Source: an uncultured Candidatus Saccharibacteria bacterium (GTDB taxonomy: Bacteria; Patescibacteriota; Minisyncoccia; Phycocordibacterales; DATDWN01). From it: a stretch of 61,063 nucleotides of DNA. This document shows positions 1 to 7,199 of the stretch, in pieces. Position numbers and translations under genes: made by a program. Location: the NCBI GenBank assembly GCA_964603545.1, contig CAZRVD010000005.1, positions 1-61,063 on the forward strand. The letters run 5' to 3'. Within the stretch, counting starts at the first letter, position 1; each line of letters begins with the position of its first letter. A model generated the notes under the pieces. It saw only the letters and a list, made by a program, of their open reading frames with translations. It was not told the DNA's origin and did not search any database.

Positions 1-42
1 TTCAAGGCTGCAATCGGGGTTCGATTCCCCGTGAGGTCACCA
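1..42 (+). tRNA. 3' part of a tRNA gene cut by the window edge; isotype not determinable with confidence
   Basis: nt 15-31 form a canonical T-arm (CGGGG/TTCGATT/CCCCG). This is followed by acceptor strand TGAGGTC, discriminator A and an encoded CCA (40-42). If nt 1-3 (TTC) are the anticodon it would be tRNA-Glu, but the 5' half is outside the window. Confidence 0.7.
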
Positions 43-1720
43 TCAGGTTTTGATCGGGTACAAATCCCGAAGACAGTTCGAATACTAGCGACAATTTAGG
101 TGTTCCACTAACTATTTCTGGATAGGTGGGCATCTTCTCAAATACCAACCCAAACAGGTCCCGTAAAGAGCGCGGATCATCAGGGTTTAGTAACAATTCG
201 GCTGGGTGTTCCATTACGTATCTGGCATCTTTGATAAATGCCTTTATGTCATGCCTAGAGATCTGGATTTTATGCCGGACCCCCTGCGCTTCTTTGATTT
301 TTTTGTCACTCTCCTCGATTTCTCTCTCCAACTTTTCTCGAACAACAGCACTTTTAGTGGTCACAAGAACATCGAGTTTTGTGGCCTGCTCTGCTTCAAG
401 ATCTGCGATGTTTCGATGAATGTCACCCGAGGCTTTGACGATTTCCTTCTCACGCTGACGGTATTTATTCATAAACACCAGTTCAAGCGCATTGAGAACA
501 TCTGGCTGAAACTTCAGATTTGAGATGTACGCGTTTACAGCCTTTTCAAAATCCGCTTTCGGGATCCTGATTCCTTTGTGTTTGCGTGAGCAGTGATATG
601 CCGGGAACTTCTTTCCAGATTTACCTCGGGACGCACTCCCTAGAAATGGTTTTGAGCAACTAGGGCATAGAAGAAACTTGAATGGGTATAATGGGTTGTT
701 TCTTACCCTGACCTCGCCGGTTTTTGAAGATCTTTTTATCAACTCGAAACTTCCATCGGAGGCTTGTTTCAAAATCAATTTTCCGCGATTCGCTCTATTC
801 CAAAGATCAATGCTAACCAAGCCGTCATATTGCGCCTTGATAGGTTTGAAGTGTGTCCACAACTCACACATGACACCGGCATAGATTGGATTTTCTATGT
901 ATCTTTGAAATTGCTTTATGTTGAGGGGTTTGCCACCTCTTTTCGCGATAATCTCTGTATGTTCTTTGTTCCATCTGTTCCGGATCGGAGATTGGAAACC
1001 CATTGCATTTACTTGTGCGACACACTCCTCATCAGTTAGTCCACGAGCACGCAAGTCAAACATCGCTCGATAGAATTGTGCCCGATTCGGGTTTGGAACT
1101 TGAATAGTCTTTTTCTTTCCTTCCACGAATATCTTTTCGTTCTTGTATCCGTCGGAAGGTGAACGTGTACGATAACCCTGCTGCGCTAGCCGGATCTCTT
1201 GTCCTATCATGCGATGTAGAATCGTCGTCACTTCCTGTTTCGAAGTTGTTGCCAGCACATTTTCAGTGATCTCGCTCGGATAGAATCTACTCCAGTCGTA
1301 TTCGAAGCCGAGTTCTTCAAGAGTATTTATGGATGGCTGTATTACTCCGAGAGTATCGATCATCACCACACCGTATTTCAACAATTCCTTTTTCATTCGA
1401 TCATACTCACCGGTCCCTGCGCGAGTGAATCTGTCTATGGATTTGAATACATAATAGTTTACAAGTCCGGGATTTTCTTTTATGAAAGTGAGGACTTCTT
1501 CAAAGTCATCTCGATTAGTTTTTCGCCCTGAAATTGCACGGCCCCATACTTTCCCTTGCGGATACTCTTTTGTTTGTGGAACAATAGCCCACCCTCGGTC
1601 CAGTGCAAATCTGCGCAGACTCTCTTCCTGTCGCTCCAGACTTTCACCTTCACTCGACTGCTTGAGTGAACTGACACGACACTGCACTACGCATTTTTTA
1701 TTTTGTATTGATAAGTTCAT
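2..1720 (-). CDS. large serine recombinase (integrase), C-terminus runs off the window
   Basis: 572-aa ORF. N-terminal resolvase-type catalytic region (VVQCRVSSLKQ...ESLERQ), central recombinase region, Cys cluster CPSC...YHCSRKH (zinc-ribbon-like) and a coiled-coil-like C-terminal part. No stop codon before nt 2; the last codons overlap the tRNA 3' end. Confidence 0.85.
   Translation of the reverse strand: MNLSIQNKKCVVQCRVSSLKQSSEGESLERQEESLRRFALDRGWAIVPQTKEYPQGKVWGRAISGRKTNRDDFEEVLTFIKENPGLVNYYVFKSIDRFTRAGTGEYDRMKKELLKYGVVMIDTLGVIQPSINTLEELGFEYDWSRFYPSEITENVLATTSKQEVTTILHRMIGQEIRLAQQGYRTRSPSDGYKNEKIFVEGKKKTIQVPNPNRAQFYRAMFDLRARGLTDEECVAQVNAMGFQSPIRNRWNKEHTEIIAKRGGKPLNIKQFQRYIENPIYAGVMCELWTHFKPIKAQYDGLVSIDLWNRANRGKLILKQASDGSFELIKRSSKTGEVRVRNNPLYPFKFLLCPSCSKPFLGSASRGKSGKKFPAYHCSRKHKGIRIPKADFEKAVNAYISNLKFQPDVLNALELVFMNKYRQREKEIVKASGDIHRNIADLEAEQATKLDVLVTTKSAVVREKLEREIEESDKKIKEAQGVRHKIQISRHDIKAFIKDARYVMEHPAELLLNPDDPRSLRDLFGLVFEKMPTYPEIVSGTPKLSLVFELSSGFVPDQNLMVTSRGIEPRLQP
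18..40 (+). repeat. attL-like copy of tRNA T-loop/acceptor sequence GGTTCGATTCCCCGTGAGGTCAC
   Basis: Matches 7173-7194 except for one T indel and one C/T difference. Confidence 0.75.
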
Positions 1721-1916
1721 ATGCTTGATCGTCTTTTACATTATGCGCTTTACGATTTATTTTCTCCAGCCAGATATCAAAGTATTTATCTGCAATTCCA
1801 TCAAGCGCAATAAGCATCCGACGTAGTTGTTCATCGGTGTATTTGATTGCTGATGGTCCGAGGGATTTTTTGAATGCCTCGAACTCTGTGCCTGTTTGTT
1901 TCTTTTCCGGCTCCAT
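1698..1916 (-). CDS. small hypothetical protein upstream of and overlapping the recombinase start (possible directionality factor/regulator)
   Basis: ORF 1698..1937; start at Met-8 (MEPEKKQ...) assumed. Overlaps the recombinase start by 23 nt, suggesting one operon. No recognisable motif. Confidence 0.45.
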   Translation of the reverse strand: MEPEKKQTGTEFEAFKKSLGPSAIKYTDEQLRRMLIALDGIADKYFDIWLEKINRKAHNVKDDQAYELINTK

Positions 1917-2338
1917 GGTGGAGCGGATCCAGTACAACCAAAAAGGACCCGCGTACTTCCGTGTTGCATATCGGAAGTGATCGCGAGTCCTTTTATTTAT
2001 TCAAGAAGACTCTGGGGCCGGCGACTACGTTCATAACCCCATTTATTCAGTTGTACTCAAATTGTAGCAAGTTGGTAGTTTTCAGCAATGGCAATTTCCA
2101 CTATTTTTCGCTATCATTGAAAGACAACTGAATATCGGCCCCTTGAGGGCGGGATCTAACCCATCGGGAACAACCCGGTGGCATGATCTGGAAGTCGATC
2201 AAGCATAAAAAACCCGTCATGGGGTTGCTTGATCGCCGTATGGGGAAACCTGTACGAGAGGGTTCGCTCTCTACCCGTGGCGGGCTTTTTGTGTCTCGCC
2301 GTAGGTTTTATCAGGTTGATTAGCGATCAAGCCAACCT

Positions 2339-2767
2339 ATGAATAAAAGTAAAACTATCGTCGATAAAATAGTTCTCTGGTCACTTGTTGCATTTTGCGT
2401 TATGGGCGGAGGACTGATCCTTCTTGATAATTGGGTTGGAAGGGGCGACACACCCTCTTACACGGGCAATTTACCGCGACAGGAGGCAAAGGATGTGGTT
2501 ACTCCGGATCGTCAACAGGAGGCGGTGCGGGCAATGGCCGATTTTATGGTGAAAGACGACAATGTGATTGGACTCCGAATGTGGGCGCGATCACTTGGAA
2601 TATCTGCACCGGACTTTGCAAGCGCAGCGACACTTCGAGAGAACATCCGCCGCAACACGGACGACTTCTCACTTTATCGCGATAAAAAAGAACTCACACG
2701 CCTCGTAGAAACTCTTGCCAATCAAGACTCAATGCTTTTGGAAGTAGTGAACGAATCGATACGTTAG
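2339..2767 (+). CDS. hypothetical membrane-anchored protein (island cargo)
   Basis: 142-aa ORF with an N-terminal hydrophobic helix (IVLWSLVAFCVMGGGLILL). No recognised domain. Confidence 0.55.
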   Translation: MNKSKTIVDKIVLWSLVAFCVMGGGLILLDNWVGRGDTPSYTGNLPRQEAKDVVTPDRQQEAVRAMADFMVKDDNVIGLRMWARSLGISAPDFASAATLRENIRRNTDDFSLYRDKKELTRLVETLANQDSMLLEVVNESIR

Positions 2768-2794
2768 TCGGGTTGTTTGCAAATAACCAGAGAA

Positions 2795-5596
2795 CTAGTC
2801 TTTAGGGTGTTCATCCTCGTACTCTTGTCGTTCCTCCCGCATTTCTCGTTCGTGTTCCTGTTCTGATCTCGCAATATCTTTTGCGAGATTAGCAAGAACT
2901 TTTTCGCAAAACTTTATTATCTTTGGATTAGTCGATTTCGATTTTACATCCTCGATACGTGCTTGATTTTTTCGCATCTCGCGCGCAAAAATGTTTTCAC
3001 CGACAGCACCAGTTCCTCCACCAGTCTGACGCATTCTGGCGTCCACTCTAGCCAAGATCTGTCTGTCATCCGTAACAGCGACGATCTCAAGACAAAGTGA
3101 CGGATCCGCTGGATCAGAGATAGGCAGCATCTCCATAACCTTGAGGATATTTTCCTTCTTACCTGTGGCGATCAGGTCCGAGAGAGCGCCGCGCAACACG
3201 TCACCCCCTACGCGGTTGAAGAACTCGCCGAGGTGATAACCGATCATGCTGTCTTGTTCAGGATCTCGTTCTTCGAGCCAACGGCGAACGACGTCTTTTG
3301 TTCGTGGATCGTCGCGTATGAAAGCCGCTACGCCGGGCTCAATGTGATATGGGATTGCGTCATATCCACTATCGTACGAGTGCTTTATCCGACGCTCAAA
3401 AACTAACATCATCAGATTGAAGTCGACAACCCCAAGTGCGTGGAGAACTTGCAACTCGTTGTGGTCTAGGCGCTTTATGTTGACGAGCATCTCGGCAAGT
3501 GTCTCGAGATCTGTACGGTCCCACTCCTCAAGTTTGATCCATTTACAATGCAGAGCAAAACCAAGTTCGTGAGGATACATCGTGTCGAGTTCGGGGTACT
3601 CCTTTATTTTTTCAATCAGTGCTTTCCGAATGTCTTTATCTAGGGTCGACAAAAATGCGAGTGATCGGATCGAGTGATACTCGAGCGCACGGTTGATTTC
3701 GTCGCTCTTGAGAAACGCGAAACGACCTACTTTTCTTGCGATCTCAAGTGTGATCGCTATATCTTCCTTGCGGATTTTAGCCACAGAGAGTTCCGTGCCA
3801 CCTACAGAAAAATAAGACATGAGGATTCCATCGATCTGATCTGTAAGGTGATGTTTTGCGATGTAGTCGACGTACTCGTCCCACTGATCGAGTGAGCCTT
3901 TCCGAAGACCCCAGAGTATGCCGCGAAAAAAGAAGTACAGGCCAGTCTTGCTCGTGAGAGCATGCTTCGCAAATACTGCGGCTACTTTCGGTTTCTTTTC
4001 TGCGATTTGAGCGAGGAAATCCCGCAGAGTTTGGTAGAGCCAGTCCTCAACACAGTCGCGAAAGTTGGCTACCGCGTTGATACGCGCATACCACTCTTCG
4101 GCGTTTTTTTCAGTAATCGATTCAAGAACCTCCTTCAGTTCCTCCTCTTTTTGCTGCCGTCCCTCTTGCCACTCCATATCGCGTCGCAAACGCATCTCGT
4201 CTCCGGCAAGGAGGCTAAATAGCCGATAATCGCCCTTGTTTTCACGGATTTGTTGAAGCAACTCCTCAACGCCAGAGATCTTACGCTCTCTCGTGTTCAA
4301 AATTGATAGTTGTGTTTCTATCTCGTAGACTACCGGATAGTCGGCGATCATTTTACTTTTCGGGAAAAGTATTTTTTTGTACGCGGCAACAACATGTTCG
4401 GTGTCGGCTTCTACCATGTCCACAGATCTTTGAAGAAAATCAGGATCTCCGGTCGGCCAGTCAGTCTTATGCGTCGCGTAACCGATTGTATCCACCGTTT
4501 TGCTTTTCTCACGTATCGTATCTGCTATCTCGTATCGCTTCGTCAGGAGATCTATCGCATCGCGACGTAACTTTTTCAAGAACTTTGTCGCGTCGAGTGC
4601 CCCACGATGAAAAGTGAGCGTGTACATGTCCGTCTGCGACGTTCCATCGAAGTCGGGGCTAAATAGGTTGCGGAGCATCTCATGCGCGATCTCTGACGGG
4701 ACATCATGGCTTGTGATGAAGTCGAGCATGGCTCGGTATGGGCCGTAGCCGATCGCATTTAGCCAGTGGTAGTTATATTTTGTAGTGTTTTTCAACGCTT
4801 CCGCTGCTTTCTTTCGAACTTGCTCGCTCTCATCGGAGGCGAGTTTTGTGATGACCTCCAATGCTTCGGCCGTCTTGTCGTGAATGACCTGCTCGAGCAA
4901 CTCAATGTATGCGATTTTGACTAAAGCAGAGGTGCCACCGATCGTTCGCGCCATGTCGAGTACGATTTCAACTAGCGGGAACTCACCCTTGTTCGTTCGG
5001 TAATAAACGAGATCATGGAGAGTGCGGATTCGCTCGAGTAGAGTGTCCTCGTTGGCAGTTATGAGATTTTTCCTGACGCGCTTTTTGTATCGCAACGCGA
5101 GTCGATCGTTCGAAGTGTTCCGGTGATGCCCGCAAATACGTTTCCACTCTGCCACGTATGCGGCGGCGCCTTTTTTGATGGTGTGATTTTTGTTGAGACG
5201 AAAAGTGATCGTTTTCTTACCTGCAGAGACCTGTGCCTCGTACTGTGTCTTTACAGATTCCGGTGCTAAATACATCCAGTAAGCGACTTGCTCGTCCGGA
5301 TTCACGGCGATAAGAAATACAGGTATTGAAGATCCGTGCGCATGGCTCAAAAGATCGGTGCTACAAGTCGCAGAAAGAGAACCGTCTTTGTTTGTCTTGA
5401 GGGGTTTTATTTGCACCTTCAGCATGTTCCCACCAACCTCGTCTTGTTCGCCAAGTAGATGGACATACCCGTCGATTAGCGGAAAATCATCATCTCCTTT
5501 GGTGAGTTGCGTGAGCAGAGGGTGTGCATTCAGAAGAGTCTCCAGTACACCGATCTCTTGCTTTTCGGTTCTTTTGGCGCGACTGTATTTTGCCAT
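2795..5596 (-). CDS. 933-aa protein: N-terminal DUF4365/Mrr-like PD-(D/E)xK nuclease-like module fused to a long alpha-helical HEAT/ARM-like region
   Basis: Long uninterrupted ORF. The N-terminus LIDGYVHLLGEQDEVGGNMLKVQIKP resembles (from memory) the D...E/D...QxK core of DUF4365-type restriction-endonuclease-like domains. HEAT-like stretch ESEQVRKKAAEALKN. No P-loop seen. Confidence 0.6.
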   Translation of the reverse strand: MAKYSRAKRTEKQEIGVLETLLNAHPLLTQLTKGDDDFPLIDGYVHLLGEQDEVGGNMLKVQIKPLKTNKDGSLSATCSTDLLSHAHGSSIPVFLIAVNPDEQVAYWMYLAPESVKTQYEAQVSAGKKTITFRLNKNHTIKKGAAAYVAEWKRICGHHRNTSNDRLALRYKKRVRKNLITANEDTLLERIRTLHDLVYYRTNKGEFPLVEIVLDMARTIGGTSALVKIAYIELLEQVIHDKTAEALEVITKLASDESEQVRKKAAEALKNTTKYNYHWLNAIGYGPYRAMLDFITSHDVPSEIAHEMLRNLFSPDFDGTSQTDMYTLTFHRGALDATKFLKKLRRDAIDLLTKRYEIADTIREKSKTVDTIGYATHKTDWPTGDPDFLQRSVDMVEADTEHVVAAYKKILFPKSKMIADYPVVYEIETQLSILNTRERKISGVEELLQQIRENKGDYRLFSLLAGDEMRLRRDMEWQEGRQQKEEELKEVLESITEKNAEEWYARINAVANFRDCVEDWLYQTLRDFLAQIAEKKPKVAAVFAKHALTSKTGLYFFFRGILWGLRKGSLDQWDEYVDYIAKHHLTDQIDGILMSYFSVGGTELSVAKIRKEDIAITLEIARKVGRFAFLKSDEINRALEYHSIRSLAFLSTLDKDIRKALIEKIKEYPELDTMYPHELGFALHCKWIKLEEWDRTDLETLAEMLVNIKRLDHNELQVLHALGVVDFNLMMLVFERRIKHSYDSGYDAIPYHIEPGVAAFIRDDPRTKDVVRRWLEERDPEQDSMIGYHLGEFFNRVGGDVLRGALSDLIATGKKENILKVMEMLPISDPADPSLCLEIVAVTDDRQILARVDARMRQTGGGTGAVGENIFAREMRKNQARIEDVKSKSTNPKIIKFCEKVLANLAKDIARSEQEHEREMREERQEYEDEHPKD

Positions 5597-5654
5597 GAAT
5601 AAATCATACTCTTTTCATAAAAAATATGCTTATTTTCCAAGCCGCTTCACCTAT

Positions 5655-5683
5655 TTGACATAAACACTATAAGATGTTAGAAT
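5655..5683 (+). promoter_or_regulatory. sigma70-like promoter of GC-rich cassette 1
   Basis: TTGACA (5655-5660), 17-nt spacer, TAGAAT (5678-5683). About 80 nt upstream of the ATG at 5764. Confidence 0.55.
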
Positions 5684-5763
5684 AGCCATAGGAGTTTGTT
5701 TGGGGCTAACGCTAGGCGTTTCCCTTTGAAAGTAACCATCAACCGAAGAAAGAGAGGCACTGA

Positions 5764-6351
5764 ATGAACGCTCAACTCACGTGGGATGCGGTCCTTGCGA
5801 ACAAGGCCCTCATCGGCGGCGACATCGAGTCGCAGGAAGACGGCGTCGCTTACCGCGGCCCGATCGCGGAGATCAAGGTGGAAGGTGACTCCGTTCGCTT
5901 CAACTCGCCGTGGTGCGCCCGGATGAACCCGGACACCGGCGAGTGGGAGAAGTGGCACATCACCACCTCGTCCGTCAGCAAGAGCATGGTGCAACCGCAG
6001 GACATCGGCGACGGGAGGATCTTCTTCCAGATGCCGTTCCTCGGCGTCTGCACGATTTTCCCGAACGGCGGCAGCAAACTCGACACCCGCAAGGTGAAGG
6101 GCCTGCCGAAGGATTCGGAGCGCTTTCTCGCTCTGTTTCCGGATCTGCGCTTCGACCGCGCGATCGCCGAGAAAGTGCTCGTCGAGAAGTCGTTCTCACG
6201 GGCGGCTGAATCCTTCAAGGACAAGCCGGCCGACGCGACGCTGCAAGACTTGCTCGGCTGTTTCAAGCACGACAGCCAGGCCGAGGAGTTCCTCTGGCAC
6301 TACGTCGAAGCCGTCACCGGCGAGAAGGAAGTGCACCAGAAGGTGTACTGA
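5764..6351 (+). CDS. hypothetical protein, strongly GC-rich (cassette 1)
   Basis: 195-aa ORF with G/C-ending codons (GGC GAC ATC GAG TCG CAG...). Purine-rich AGAGAGG lies 6 nt upstream of the ATG. The high GC creates several shadow ORFs in other frames. No recognised domain. Confidence 0.7.
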   Translation: MNAQLTWDAVLANKALIGGDIESQEDGVAYRGPIAEIKVEGDSVRFNSPWCARMNPDTGEWEKWHITTSSVSKSMVQPQDIGDGRIFFQMPFLGVCTIFPNGGSKLDTRKVKGLPKDSERFLALFPDLRFDRAIAEKVLVEKSFSRAAESFKDKPADATLQDLLGCFKHDSQAEEFLWHYVEAVTGEKEVHQKVY

Positions 6352-6862
6352 TGTTGGTTGGAATGTCGTGTGATCTGGGGGTGCGTGTGGAGAAATCCGC
6401 ATGCACCTCTTTTGTTTTTCTTCTAGTAACGGCAATGGAGCGCTGATACAGAAGCAGTGTTTCTTTTTGCTCGATCTCAACTTTTGGAGTGGACTCCTCT
6501 GCAAAGAAAAGTGCCATATCCCATTTCAGTATTGAGTTTGCGGCTGCTATGCGATCCGCAAACGTCGGACCGGATTCTCCGTTGAGAATTGTGGCAAGTT
6601 TTTGCGTAATAAATCGATGTCGCTCTTTGAGACTTACCAACCTCTCTGTTCGACTTTGAGTAGAAAGTTCTTCGAGGTTTTCTATGCGGACCTTTTTCAG
6701 CAGTCTTGAGACATAGTGCCAGTCGAGTTCGCCTCGGAGTGATTGGTATCCTTGTCGATACAGAGAATTGCGAACTTGCGCCACCGACTTGAGAGGATAG
6801 AGTGCTACTTCATCGCGGATCGCTCGCTTGATCAGTTCTTCAATTTCTTTTGGCTTTCTCAT
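6314..6862 (-). CDS. hypothetical protein (island); 3' end probably altered or extended by cassette 1
   Basis: 182-aa ORF. The last ~35 codons run antisense through the cassette-1 terminator and CDS end and look non-native (low-complexity P/S/T/R tail). Confidence 0.5.
   Translation of the reverse strand: MRKPKEIEELIKRAIRDEVALYPLKSVAQVRNSLYRQGYQSLRGELDWHYVSRLLKKVRIENLEELSTQSRTERLVSLKERHRFITQKLATILNGESGPTFADRIAAANSILKWDMALFFAEESTPKVEIEQKETLLLYQRSIAVTRRKTKEVHADFSTRTPRSHDIPTNISTPSGALPSRR
6380..6420 (+). terminator. intrinsic terminator of cassette 1
   Basis: GGTGCGTG...CATGCACC stem (one G-U pair) followed by TCTTTTGTTTTTC. Confidence 0.6.
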
Positions 6863-7051
6863 GTTCGTGCTTATTCGTGGTTTTGCGCGCTCGCTACATA
6901 CAGTTCAATACCCCATAAGGTAAGATCTTTTCTAGTTTGTAAGTATGAAAAGTGGCTAAATAGCATGGGTTTCTGGTACCATTAGATAACTCGGATTGAG
7001 GGTCTGAAACACCGTTTTCCATTTCAATACTAGGTTTTCAATGGTGTTCCA

Positions 7052-7073
7052 TTCAAATCCCTCCGGGCTCACA
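7052..7073 (+). repeat. second tRNA-3'-end-like fragment inside the island right arm
   Basis: TTCAAAT-CCCTC-CGGGCTC-A looks like T-loop + T-stem 3' strand + acceptor strand. No intact tRNA can be folded around it. Confidence 0.4.
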
Positions 7074-7172
7074 TTTTTCATTTTGAAAAAAGTCTAAGGG
7101 GATCGAAGCCCGATTGAGATTTTTTAAGAACAAAGTGAATTAAAAATCCAATTGGGGTACTGACCGAGTAGC

Positions 7173-7194
7173 GGTCGATTCCCTGTGAGGTCAC
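7173..7194 (+). repeat. attR-like copy GGTCGATTCCCTGTGAGGTCAC
   Basis: Direct repeat of 18-40. Ends 5 nt before the tsaD ATG. Not followed by CCA. Confidence 0.75.
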
Positions 7195-7199
7195 ATTTA

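Larger units (their letters stand above)
18..7194. mobile_element. ~7.2-kb integrated island (serine-recombinase element) between a tRNA 3' end and tsaD
   Basis: Bounded by an imperfect direct repeat (18-40 vs 7173-7194). Recombinase gene sits at the left end. Composition is visibly less AT-rich than the backbone that starts at tsaD. Confidence 0.7.

Noticed and set aside
126-1826. Plus-strand ORFs 126-419, 206-523, 678-884, 764-1039 and 1482-1826, and the minus-strand ORF 1480-1677
   Set aside because: All lie antisense to, or in alternative frames of, the well-supported serine recombinase gene. Their products are low-complexity and lack motifs, so they are shadow ORFs.
5677-6504. ORFs 5677-5994(-), 5850-6266(-), 5910-6209(+), 5975-6199(-) and 6196-6504(-)
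   Set aside because: These are typical stop-poor shadow frames caused by the high GC of cassette 1, with Arg/Pro/Ser-rich nonsense-like products. Only the 5764-6351 frame has a promoter, a purine-rich RBS and a terminator.
7185-7199. GTG start at 7185 for tsaD (as in the ORF track)
   Set aside because: The extension MRSHL is read from the att/tRNA-like repeat. The conserved TsaD N-terminus MKILSIETSCDET begins at ATG 7200.
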